A stretch of DNA of 64,000 nucleotides from assembly GCA_030390025.1 (NCBI GenBank), contig CM059432.1, forward strand, positions 13,268,001 to 13,332,000, in the 5' to 3' direction. The first letter of the stretch is position 1. Every line of letters begins with the position of its first letter. The notes below the pieces were generated by a model, which saw nothing but the letters and a program-made list of their open reading frames with translations, searched no databases and was not told where the DNA came from. The position numbers and the translations under genes were made by a program. Below, in pieces: positions 24,455 through 36,415 of this stretch. Source of the stretch: Squalus acanthias (lineage: Eukaryota).

Positions 24455-26694
24455 ACATAAGAACATAAGAAATAGAGCAGGAGTAGGCCATTTGGCCCTT
24501 CGAGCCTGCTCCGCCATTCAGTAAGATCATGGCTGATCTTCTACCTCATCTCCACTTTCCTGCACTATCCCCATATCCCTTGATTCCCTTAATATGCAAA
24601 AATCTATCGATCTCTGTCTTGAATATACTCAACGACTGAGCCTCCACAGCCCTCTGGGGTAGAGAATTCCAAAGATTCACCACCCTCTGAGTGAAGAAAT
24701 TTCTCCTCATCTCAGTCCTAAATGACCGACCCCTTATTCTGAGACTGTGACCCCTGGTTCTAGACTCCCCAGCCAGGGAAACATCCTCCCTGCATCTATC
24801 CTGTCAAACCCGGTAAGAATTTTGTATGTTTCAATGAGATCACCTCATCCTTCTACACTCCAGAGAATATAGGCCTAGTCTACTCAATCTCTCCTCATAG
24901 GACAATCCCCCCATCCCAGGAACCAGTCTGGTGAACCTTTGTTGCACTCCCTCTATGGCAAGTATATCCTTCCTTAGGTAAGGGGACCAAAACTGTACAC
25001 AATATTCCAGGTGTGGTCTCACCAGGGCCCTATATAATTGCAGTAAGACGTCTTTCCTCTTATACTCAAATCCTCTTGTAATAAAGGCCAACATACCATT
25101 TGCTTTCCTAATTGCTTGCTGTACCTGCATGTTAACTTTCAGTGATTCGTGTACAAGGACACCCAAGTCCCTCTGAACACCAATATTTCCCAATCTCTCA
25201 ACATTTAAAAAATACTCTGCTTTTCTATTTTTCCTACCAAAGTGGATAACTTCACATTTCTCCACATTATATTCCATTTGCCATGTTTTTGTCCACTCAC
25301 TTAACCTGTCTATATCCCCTTGAAGCCTCTTTGCATCCTCCTCAACTTACATTGCCACCCAGCTTTGTATCATCAGCAAACTTGGATATATTACATTTGG
25401 TCCCCTCATCCAAATCATTGATGTAGTTTGTGAATAGCTGAGGCCCAAGCACTGATCCTTGCGGTGCCCCACTAGTTACAGCCCGCCAACCCGAAAATGA
25501 CCCGTTTATTCCTACTCTTTGTTTTCTGTCCGTTAACCAATCCTCAATCCATGCTAGTATATTACCCCCAATCCCATGAGCCCTAATTTTGTTTAATAAC
25601 CTCTTGTGTGGCACCTTATCGAATGCCTTCTGAAAATCCAAATACACCACATCCACTGGTTCCCCCTTATCTATTCTGCTAGTTACAACTCAAAAAACTC
25701 CAATAGATTTGTTAAACACGATTTCCCTTTCATAAATCCGTGTTGACTCTGCCCAATCCTATTATTATTTTCTAAGTGCCATGTTACCACGTCCTTAATA
25801 ATAGATTCTAGCATTTTGCCTACTACTGTTGTCAGGCTAACTAGTCTGTAGTTCCCCGTTTTCTCTCTCCCTCCTTTCTTAAATAGTGGGGTTACATTTG
25901 CCACCTTCCAATCCATGGGAACTGTTCTAGAATCTATGGAATTTTGGAAAATGACAACCAATGCATCCACTATCTCTATAGCCACCTCTTTCAAAACCCT
26001 AGAATGGAGGCCATCAGGTCCAAGGGATTTATCAGCTTTCAGTCCCATTAATTTCTCCAGTACTATTTTTCTACTAATACTAATTTCTTTCAGTTCCTCA
26101 TTCTCACTACAGCCTTGGTTCTCCACTATTTCTGGGAAGTTTTTTGCCATTTCCTTTCTCCCCATTATAATTTCTCCTGTCTCAGCCTGTAAGGGACCCA
26201 CCTTTACTTTCGCTAATCTTTTCCTTTTTACATACCCCACTAGTTACAGCCTGCCAACCCGAAAATGGCCCTTTTACAGTCTGTTTTTATGTCTCTTGTT
26301 AGTTGTCTCTCATATTCTATTTTCCCTTTCTTTATTAATTTCTTGGTCCTCCTTTGCTGAATTCTAAAATCCTCCCAATCCTCAGGCTTTCTATTCTTTT
26401 TGGCAACATTTTAAGCCTCTTCCTTTGATCTAATACCATCTTTAACTTCTCTTGTTAGCCACGGTTGGATCACTTTTCCTGTGGGGTTTTTGTGCCTTAA
26501 AGGAATGTATATTTGTTGTAAATTATGTATTAATTCTTTAAATGCCAGCCATTGCTTCTCTACCATCATACCTTTTAATGTAGTTTCCCAATCTACCTTA
26601 GCCAACTCGCCCCTCATACCTACATAGTTTGCTTTGTTTAGATTTAAGACCCTAGTTTCGGATTTAACTAAATCACTTTAAAACTCAATATAAT
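24455..26694 (-). mobile_element. CR1 LINE nested in CR1
   Basis: RT motifs on minus; AGGGA at 24450-24454 and 26695-26699 (candidate TSD). Confidence 0.9.
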
Positions 26695-28144
26695 AGGGAC
26701 AGGGACTCAATAAAATTAATGTAAGTAAAATAACAGTAATGAAGAAAATAATGGCACTAAAGAGTGACAAATCCCCAGGACCAGATGGTTTCCATCCCAG
26801 GGTTTTAAAGGAAGTAGGTGAGCACACTGCAGATGCCCTAACTATAATCTTCCAAAGTTCTCTCGATTCAGGAACCATTCCTTTAGATTGGAAAATTGCA
26901 CTGTCACTCCGATATTTAAAAATGGTGAGAAAGGGAAACCAGGGAATTATAGACGAGTTAGCCTAACATCTGTTGCCGGGAAATTGCTAGAGTCTATAAT
27001 TAAGAATAGGGTGACTGAACACCTCGAAAATTTTCAGTTGATCAGAGAGAGCCAGCATGGATTTGTGAAAGGTAGGTCATGCCTGACAGACCTGATTGCA
27101 TTTTTTGAGGAGGTGACTAAAGTAGTGGACAGGGGAATGTCTATGGATGTTATTTATATGGACTTCCAGAAGGCATTTGATATAGTCCCACATAAGAAAC
27201 TGTTAACTAAGGTAGAAGTCCACGGAATTGAGGGCAAATTATTGACCTCGTTAGGAAATTGGCTGAGCAGCAGGAGACAGAGAGCAGGGATAATGGGCAG
27301 GCACTCAAATTGGCAGGTGGTGACTAGTGGTGTCCTGCAGGGATCTGTGTTGGGACCTCAATTATTCACTGTATTTGTTAATGACTTAGATGATGGCATA
27401 GAAAGCCACATATCCAAATTTGCCGATGATACAAAGATAGGCAGCATTGTAGGCAGTGTAGATGGAAGCATAAAATTACAAAGGGATATCGACAGATTAA
27501 CTGATTGGGCAAAATTGTGGCAAATGGATTTCAATGTAAGCAAATGTGAGGTCATCCACTTTGGACCTAAAAGGGATAGAACTGGGTACTTTCTAAATGG
27601 TGAAAGGCTAAAAACAGTGGAGGTCCAAAGAGACATGGGGTTTCAGGCACATAGATCAATAAAATGTCATGAACAGGTACAGAAAATAATCAAAAAGGCT
27701 AATGGAATGCTGGCCTTTATATCTAGAGGACTAGAATTCAAGGGGGTAGAAGTTATGCTGCAACTATACAAAACCCTGTTTAGACCACACCTGGAGTACT
27801 GTGAGCAGTTCTGGGCACCACACCTTAGGAAGGATATATTTGCCTTGGAGGGAGTGCAGCGTAAATTTACCAGAATAATACCTGGACTGCAAGCGTTAAG
27901 TTATGAGGAGAGATTGCACAAATTAGGGTTGTATTCCCTAAAATTTAGAAGGTTAAGGGGTGATCTGATCGAAGTTTTCAAGATATTAAGGGGAACAGAT
28001 AGGCTAGACAGAGAGAAACTATTTCCGCTGGTTGGGAATTCTAGGACTAAGGGGCAAATTAGAGCCAGACCTTTCAGGAGTGAAATTAGGAAACACTTCT
28101 AGACACAAAGGGTGGTAGAAGTTTAGAACTCTCTTCCACAAACA

Positions 28145-28275
28145 GCAATTGATGCTAGATCAATTGTTAATTTTAAATCTGAGATTGGGCAATTGATGCT
28201 AGATCAATTGTTAATTTTAAATCTGAGATTGGGCAATTGATGCTAGATCAATTGTTAATTTTAAATCTGAGATTG
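28145..28275. repeat. Three tandem copies of a 44-bp unit in a CR1 3' region
   Basis: gcaattgatgctagatcaattgttaattttaaatctgagattg(g) starting at 28145, 28189, 28233. Confidence 0.95.
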
Positions 28276-28551
28276 ATAGATTTCTGTTAAACAAAAGTAT
28301 TAAGGGATATGGGCCAAAGGCGGATATATGGAGTTAGGTCGCAGATCAGCCATGATCTCACTGAATGGCGGAACAGGCTCGAGGGGCTGAATGGCCTACT
28401 CCTGTTCCTATGTTCCTATAGCCAAGAAAAACTGAAGACCAACACCACCACCAATGGCCATTTATATTTGCCACCAGCGATACTCCTGCCTTTAGAAGAG
28501 CTTCCAGGGGATTCTCCCACGCCCTAACAACAGCAACACCACCTCATTCGG

Positions 28552-28995
28552 TGTCAGCCATGGATCAGATGGTCGCACTCTCACTTCGGAGTCAGAAGGT
28601 TATCTCACTCCAGAGACTTGAGTGCATAATCCAGGTTGACACTCCCAGTGCAGTATGGAGGGAGTGCTGCACTGTCAGAGGTGCTGTCTTTCAGATGAGA
28701 TGTTAAGCCGAGGCCCCGCCTGCCCTCTCCGGTAGAGGGGAATGATCCCATGGCACTATTTCGAAGCAGAGCAGGAGAGTTCTCCCTGGTGTCCTGGGGC
28801 CAATATTTATCCCTCAACCAACTGCTAAAAACAGATGATCTGGTCATTATCACATTGCTGTTTGTGGGAGCTTGCTGTGCGCAGATTGGCTGCGCATTTC
28901 CTACATTACAGCAGCACTTCATTGGCTGTAAATTGTTTTGGGACATCCTGAGGTCGTGAAAGGCGTTATATAAATGCAAGTCTTTATTTCTATTT
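28552..28995 (+). mobile_element. Deu-domain SINE (SacSINE1-like), near full length
   Basis: tRNA-like head, core ggagtgctgcactgtcagaggtgctgtctttcagatgag...gatcccatggcactattt, L2-like tail aaaggcgttatataaatgcaagt. Confidence 0.8.
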
Positions 28996-29039
28996 ATAGT
29001 GTCTGCTACTGAAGTTAGAATTACCATCGGTGGCACAGT

Positions 29040-30135
29040 ATGGGTATCGGTGTGGGAGTCACAAAGATTGAGACCATCCATTCAGCTGTCTGTGCCACTT
29101 CCCTCCCTTCCCCTAGCACACCAGGCAAAATATCCCCTAAGGTCCCCCCCGCCCTAGACCTGAACTCATCTTTCTTTAGTCTCTCTCCTATCTCCCATCA
29201 TGCCCTCTCTGAGCTCAGCTTGTCCATGAGACCGACTTCCTGCTCCCTCAACTCTTTTCCCACCAGACTACTGACCACACAAATTCCCTTCATGTCCCCA
29301 TGTTAGCTGATGTTGTGTTGTGAACGGTTCTCTCTCCTCAGGTACTGTCCCCCTCCCCTTCAAATCTGCTGTCATCACTCCACTCCTTAAAAAAAAAACC
29401 TTCTGTCCTCGCAAACTACAGCCCCATCTCCAACCTCCCTTTCCTCTCCAAAGTGCTGAAACCTGTTTTCACCTCCCAAATCTGTGCCCATCTTTCCCGC
29501 AAACGGCCCTTATCAAAGTCACAAATGACATCCTGTGTGATTGAGACCATGGTAAGCTATCTCTCCTCATCCTTCTCGACCTGTCTGCAGCCTTTGACAC
29601 CACTGACCACACCATCCTCCTCCAACGCCACTCCTCCGTCGTCCAGCTGGGTGAGACTGCCCTCGCCTGGTTCCATTGTTATCTCTCCAATCGTAGCCAG
29701 AATATCACCAGCAATGGCTTCTCCCGCACCATTACCTCTGGTGTCCCCCAAGGACCTATCCTTAGCCCCCTCCAATTTCTCATCTGCATGCTCCCCCTCA
29801 GCAACATCATCCAAAAACACAACATCAGGTTCGACATGTATGCTGACGACACTCAGCTCCACCTCACCACCACCTCTCTTGACCCCTCCACTGTTTCTGA
29901 TTTGTCACACTGCTTGTCTGACATCCGGTGCTGGGTGAGCAGAAATTTCCTCCAACTAAATATTGGGAAGACCAAAACCATTGTTTTCGGTCACCGCCAC
30001 AAACTCCGTTCCCTAGCCACCGACTCCATCCTCTCCCTGGCAAGTGTCTGAGGCTGAACCAGACCGTTTGCAACCTTGGTGTCGTATTTGACCCCGAGAT
30101 GAGCTTCCCACCCCATATCCGCAAGATCACCAAGT
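29040..30135 (+). mobile_element. L2 LINE RT fragment
   Basis: TALIKVTNDIL, LDLSAAFDT, YADDTQL, LQLNIGKT motifs. Confidence 0.88.
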
Positions 30136-30687
30136 ATTTATCCAATTCCCTTTTGAAGGCTATTATTGAATCTGTATCCACCACCCGATCAGGCAGTGCA
30201 TTCCAAATCCTAACCACTCGTTGCGTAAAAGATTTTTTCCACATGTCGCCTCTGGTTCTTTTGCCAATCACCTTAAATCTGTGCCCTCTGGTTATCGACC
30301 CTTCAACCATTGGAAACAGTTTCTTGTGATTTACTCTATCTTCACCCTTCATGATTTTAAACACCTCTATCAAATCTCCTCTTAGTCTTCTCTGCTTTAA
30401 GCAGAACAACCCCAGTTTCTCCAGTCTATCCCTGTAACTGTAATCCCTCATCCCTGGAACGATTCTGGTTAATCTCTTCTGTACCGTCTCCTAAGCCTTC
30501 ACGTCCTTCCTAAAGTGTGGTGCCCAGAATTGGACACAATACTCCAGCTGGGGCCGAATTAGTGTTTTATATAACTTCCTGGCTTTTGTACACTATGCCT
30601 CTATTTATAAAGCTCTATTAACTGCTTTGTTAACCTGTCCTGGCACCTTCAAAGATGTGTGCACAAAGACCCCCAGGTCTCGCTCTC
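30133..30687 (-). mobile_element. CR1 LINE 3' fragment
   Basis: RLRGDLIEVFKIMKG...VVRIWNALP. Confidence 0.88.
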
Positions 30688-31691
30688 TTCTTGCTAGTTG
30701 TTGTTGAGTTGGCTGGGGAGATCATGCAGATGAATGCGAGTGCATAGTACTCAAAGGGTCTGTACAAGTAATTCTTCGCCCTCTGAAGAACCACAAGCAC
30801 CATGACCTCACAAGCAACACGGCCAAAAGTTAACAGTTTACTGAAACTGGATTCCACACTGTTATGTAAGAGACTCATGTTTTTTAATAACATAGGAAAT
30901 GAAGTGTACGGCCTGTTCTTGGTTTGAGCACAGATGGTGAAAATTCTTGAATGTTATTCATTAAATATTTTCATTCCTTTCATCCCATATCCTGGGTCTG
31001 TAAATCTGCACGCTCACACAGAGACAGGAAAAGATCAAGATGGCTCACGGATCGGTTCGAAGGATGTGGGCCTTTGAAACTCTTTTAACCCTTCGCTTTC
31101 CCTGGGCTACTTCCCCCACCCCGCTGCTCCGCCCCCAGCATACAACTATCGCTGTTGGAAATGAAGGTTTTTAATGGTAAAGGGAAAAATCATTCCCGGC
31201 AGCCTGTGGTTCCTCAGGCAGCAGCGCTGAGCAATGACTCACTTTCCTGTTGAGAAATCCACATTTATTTTTGTTGCTGGTTTTGTTATCGAATGACCAG
31301 CGTCTTTTTATCAAGGTTGATAAATGGACCTTTTCCGGCTTTTTCTGATGCATTGCCAAATTTGGAAGATTCCCAATCTGTTTCAGCTATCTGTTTTCTT
31401 TCTTTAATCAAGCCAAATGAGTTTTATATTCTGTATTCTGCATCTTATGCTTGACACACTATGAGGCCAATTGCCATGTCTACATTACCACACACACACA
31501 CACACACATTTTCGGGTAGTATAGCTGAATAACATACAACACAATGCATTTGCCCACCAACATGGTGAAGAAGCCAATTATGTTCTTGTCAGAATTTTCA
31601 TTTAAAATTTAAAACTCATCAGAATACACAACAAATTGTCCCATATTCAGATCCATCTGGTGCAATGTTTCAGCTGGGACTGACAGGAGTT

Positions 31692-33022
31692 ATTCCAATC
31701 CTCTCCTGACCGGCCTCCTGTCTTCCACTCTCCATAAACTTAAGCTCATCCAAAGCTGTACTGCCCATATCCTGCCTCGCGCCAAGTCCCGTTTACCCAT
31801 CACCCGCTGTGCTCGCTGACCTACATTGGCTCCCAGTCCAGCAACACCTCAAATTAAAAATTCTCATCATTGTGTTCAAATCCCTCCATGGCCTCGCCCC
31901 CCTCCCTATCTCTGTAACCTCCTACAGCCCTACAACCCTCCGAGAGCTTTGCGTTCCTTCAGTTCTGGCCTCTTGTGCACCCCAGATTTCCTTCACCCCT
32001 CAATTGCCTTTCTTGCCTTCAGTTGTCGAGGCCCTAAGCTCTGGATTTCCCTCCCGAAATCTCTCCACCACTCTCTCCTCCTTTAAGACGCTCCTTAAAA
32101 CCTACCTCTTTGATCAAGCTTTTGGTCACCTGCCCTAATATATCTCCTTATGTGGATCGGTGTCAAGTTTTATTTGATAACGCTCCTGTGAAGCGCCTTG
32201 GGACGTTTGACTACGTTAAAGGCGCTATGGCCCGGAATTTGCAGTCAGCGGCGAAGCAAAGGCACTCACCGCTGGCCCCGGGGAAAGCTGCCCACAAAGG
32301 TCTCGCGATCCCTGTGGCCAGAAGTTTGCCTTTTTCGATGCCTAAGAGAGATCGTGGGAATCCCGGGCCTAGTGCCGCTGTGACGTCAACAAGCTGCCTA
32401 AGCAGCCAATCACAATGCAGACTTCTCACAGGCAGGGAACCAGGAACTGAAGGAGTTGCTTTTATTCGGACTTTAAAAAAATTGTTACCGAGAGCAAAGC
32501 AAAGATTGGGGGCTCTCACGTGGGATAAGGGTAAACCTGCAATTAACATTTAAAAAACATTAAAAAAACATTTTTTAAAGTTTCTTAAAAATGTTAATTT
32601 TTTTTAAATCATACTGGAGAAATTTGACACTCCACAAAATTTAAATGAGTTTTTCAGGGCCAGAACCTTTGTTTAGCAGTCAATGCACTGTTAAAACCCC
32701 GGTTACACCTAATCCAACAAGGCTTAACATTTAACGGGGTATTCAACAGCGATATTACCGCGGAAAAGCCCAAGTTTTTGTCAATTTCCCTGATTACACT
32801 GATTGCCGGCTATGGGGGTGGCGGGGGGGTTGTCCACAGCGCAGCCAGTGTCGGAGCAGTGAATGACTGACCGCAACTTCAGGATTTCCCCGTTTAGATG
32901 CACACGCGTTACAACCTGAAGTTGTGGTCAGTTTTAGAGGGGCAATGATGGCGAACGCTGACAGTTCGTCCTCATTACCCACCGCAAATTCCGGGCCTAA
33001 ATAAATGCAAGTCGTTGTTGTT
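31692..33022 (+). mobile_element. L2 3' end with a MITE inserted in its tail
   Basis: LADLHWLPV...FKTLLKTYLF; tail aaaggcgctat|MITE|ataaatgcaagtcgttgttgtt. Confidence 0.85.
32229..32997. mobile_element. PIF/Harbinger-type MITE
   Basis: Perfect 14-bp TIR GGCCCGGAATTTGC / GCAAATTCCGGGCC; flanks TAT / TAA. Confidence 0.88.
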
Positions 33023-33129
33023 CAGTTTCAATCCTGCCCCTTGGCTGCTTTATGTTTAATGATTTCGTAATTCTCCAAAAATGCAATAAAGGACTATTTT
33101 AAAAATGCAGAATAAAGGAAGTAGGTGTA

Positions 33130-33575
33130 GATAAGACCATAGGAAGTAAGAGCAGGAGTGGGCCATACGGCCCCTCGAGCCTGCTCCGCCATTCAATAAG
33201 ATCATGGCTGATCATCGACCTCAACTCCACTTTCCCGCCCGATCCCCATATCCCTTGATTCCCCGAGAGTCCAAAAATCTATCCATCTCAGCCTTGAATA
33301 TACTCAAAGACTCAGCATTCACAGCCCTCTGGGGCAGAGAATTCCAAAGATTCACAACCCTCTGAGTGAAGAAATTCTTCCTCATCTCAGTCTTAAATGG
33401 CCAACCCCTTATCCTGAGACTATGCCCCCTAGTTCTAGACACTCCAGTCAGGGGAAACAACCTCTCAGCATCTACCCTGTCAATCCCCTTCAGAATCTTG
33501 TATGTTTCAATGAGATCACCTCTCATTCTTCTAAACTCCAGAGAGTACAGGCCCATTCTACACAATCTCTCATCC
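33130..33575 (-). mobile_element. CR1 LINE 3' fragment
   Basis: RRMRGDLIETYKILKG...WNSLPQ plus tail. Confidence 0.9.
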
Positions 33576-33817
33576 CTGCTGCTCAACAGTTTGCCTTGAG
33601 TAATGTCTTGCTGTGTCAATGCATGTCACAGGGGACTTGACAGGCACAATGGGTTAGCACAGAGATATTTCCTCTCTGAGAATCCAGCATTGACTATTGA
33701 ATCAAAGTCTCCTCTCACTGCCAGGTGGAAGGTTCCTAACATGAAATTAGTCTGAACACGCTCAACACAGATTCCAGTGAGGATGATCTGTAACATTAAA
33801 CAGCCCATACTTTGGCA

Positions 33818-34278
33818 AAGCTCAACTCCATCCAGGACAAAGCAGCCCACTTGACCGGCACCCCATCCACCACCATAAACATTCACTCCCTCCACCACCG
33901 GCGCACCGTGGCTGCAGTGTGTACCATCTGCAAGATGCACTGCAGCAACTCGCCAAGGCTTCTTCGGCAGCACCTCCCAAACCCGCGACCTCTTCCACCT
34001 AGAAGGACAAGGGCAGCGGCAGCAACACCACCACCTCCAAGTTCCCCTCCAAGTTACACACCATCCTGACTTAAAAGTATATCGCCGATCCTTCATTGTC
34101 GCTGGGTCAAAATCCTGGAACTCCCTACCCAACAGCACTGTGGGAGTACCTTCACCACACGGACTGCAGCGGTTCAAGAAGGCGGCTCGCCACCACCTTC
34201 TCAAGGGCAATTAGGGATGGGCAATAAATGCTGGCCTTGCCAGCGACGCCCACGTCCCATAAACGAATTTTTTTTTAA
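33818..34278 (+). mobile_element. Family B LINE 3' end
   Basis: IQDKAAHL...IHSLHHRRTVAAV and family B tail. Confidence 0.85.
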
Positions 34279-35049
34279 ATTAGCAATCTTACCAATTGCG
34301 AAATGACAGTCATTTGGAGGTGCTTTTTCTGAGGCTGTGGTTCAGTTACACTGCTGTGGCAAAATAGAGGTACATTCATCCCGGGTCTAACCCATGCTTT
34401 CCCACAGGTGTGTTCAAGCTTTTTGTCTTTATGAGACATTTAGGTGCACAGCATGGAGCTTTGCACCGTACGTAAGTAATTTAAATCAATGTTCCCATGA
34501 ATTTCTGTTTATCTCAAGCAGCATCTCCAGGTTGTCTGATTCAGGATTTATAACCAGGAGGCAGTAAGACTCAGAATAGCCCTTTCTAAACCTCCAGGCT
34601 TACTTAAAAAAGGAAAAACCAGTGAAGTTCAATATAAGCACGTTTAATATAAGCACATTCATGGACCATATTACCAAGGTTTGCAGGCTTGATATGGCAC
34701 ACAGGTCATAGTTCGGATACCTCTGTTATACCCGATCTCTGTACGCTCAGTGACAACACTGAGATGCAAAAGGAGAAGATTGGTCAGTTCCCCAACAGCA
34801 CAACGAATGCTAATTTGTAAGGTGTGAACTTAGCATTAGCATGCTACTTTGTGCCCCGCCAATCCTTCCTTCTTCAATGTTTTTCAAAGACGAAAGTTCG
34901 CAAAAGGATTACTGTTGGTGAATTGAGTCACAGACAGTGGAATGTGGGTTTGCACTTGCAGTTTTCCCATGCAGTGAGTTTCCAATCTGAAGTGTGCCAT
35001 TAGAAGGAAAGCACAAAACAGAGGCCTACATTCTTCCCTTCTGTCTGCC

Positions 35050-35985
35050 CACATTCCCACCCTCACCCCCACCTCCATATCCCCACTCCCTCACCCCCAC
35101 CCCCACCCCCTCACCCCCACATCTCCACCCCCTTACCCCCACCGTCACACCCCCTCACCCCTACCCTCACCCCCACACCCCTACCCTCACCCCCACCCTC
35201 ACCCTCTTACCCCCACCTCCGCATCCCCACCCCCTCACCCCCACCCCCTCACACATCCCCACCCCCTCACCCCCACCGCATCCCCACCCCCTCACCCCCA
35301 CCCTCACCCTCTTACCCCCACCTCCGCATCCCCACCCCCCACCCCCTCACACATCCCCACCCCCTCACCCTTACCCCTACCCTCACCCTCTTACCCCCAC
35401 CTACGCATCCCCACCCCCTCACCCCCACACCCCCACCCCCTCACCCCCACCGCATCCCCACCCCCTCACCCCCACCCCCTTACCCCTACCCTCACCCTCT
35501 TACCCCCACCTCCGCATCCCCACCCCCTCACCCCCACCCCCACCCCCTCACCCCCACCGCATCCCCACCCCCTTACCCCTACCCTCACCCTCTTACCCCT
35601 ACCCTCACCCTCTTACCCCCACCTCCGCATCCCCACCCCCTCACCCCCACCCTCACCCTCTTACCCCCACCTCCACATCCCCACCCCCTCACCCCCACCC
35701 CCACCGCATCCCCACCCCCTCACCCCCTTACCCCTACCCTCACCCTCTTACCCCTACCCTCACCCTCTTACCCCCACCTCCGCATCCCCACCCCCTCACC
35801 CCCACAGCATCCCCACCCCCTCACCCCCGCCCCCTTACCCCTACCCTAACCCTCTTACCCCCACCTCCGCATCCCCACCCCCTCACCCTCACACCATCAC
35901 CCCCACCGCATCCCCACCCCCTCACACCCACATCCCCACCCCCTCACACCCACACCCCCACCCTCTCACCGCACCCCCACCCCCC
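35050..35985. repeat. C-rich complex minisatellite
   Basis: Shuffled units ccccaccccctca / ccctaccctcaccctctta / cctccgcatcccca. Confidence 0.95.
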
Positions 35986-36415
35986 GTGGCTCCATCCCCG
36001 TTCTCGGGTTACCTCGGGAAACTCTTCTGCATCAGCTAACAACAGGCTTCTGAGCAACATTAGCAGAGGCCGAAAAGCAGCTCACCCCTTGCCCTTTCAA
36101 TCAGGAAATGGTGAATGGAAACCTCTTAAAAGGGAAGCGAGAAAAACACAAAAATAAATTATATTTCAAATCCTTTTGACACAAAGTAATACCATGGCCG
36201 AATCCCCCAGCATCAACATCCTGGGGGTCACCATTGACCAGAAACTTAACTGGACCAGCCACATAAATACTGTGGCCACAAAAGCAGGTCAGAGGCTGGG
36301 TATTCTGCGGTGAATATCTCACCTCCTGACTCCCCAAAGCCTTTCCACAAGGCACAAGTCAGGATACTCTGCACTTGCCTGGATGAGTGCAGCTCCAACA
36401 CTCAAGAAGCTCGAC

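Larger units (their letters stand above)
24261..28419 (+). mobile_element. CR1 ORF2 (host), split by an opposite-strand CR1
   Basis: 404-aa RT ORF 26888-28102; ctgaatcaggga|cagggactcaat rejoins across the insert. Confidence 0.92.

Noticed and set aside
26888..28102. 404-aa RT ORF as an active or domesticated gene
   Set aside because: Part of a frameshifted CR1 split by another CR1; endonuclease region missing
28145..28275. CRISPR-like array (also 51627-51746)
   Set aside because: Head-to-tail repeats with no unique spacers, in eukaryotic context
34994..36157. 387-aa Pro/His/Thr-rich ORF
   Set aside because: By-product of a C-rich minisatellite that lacks stop codons; no domain or splice support
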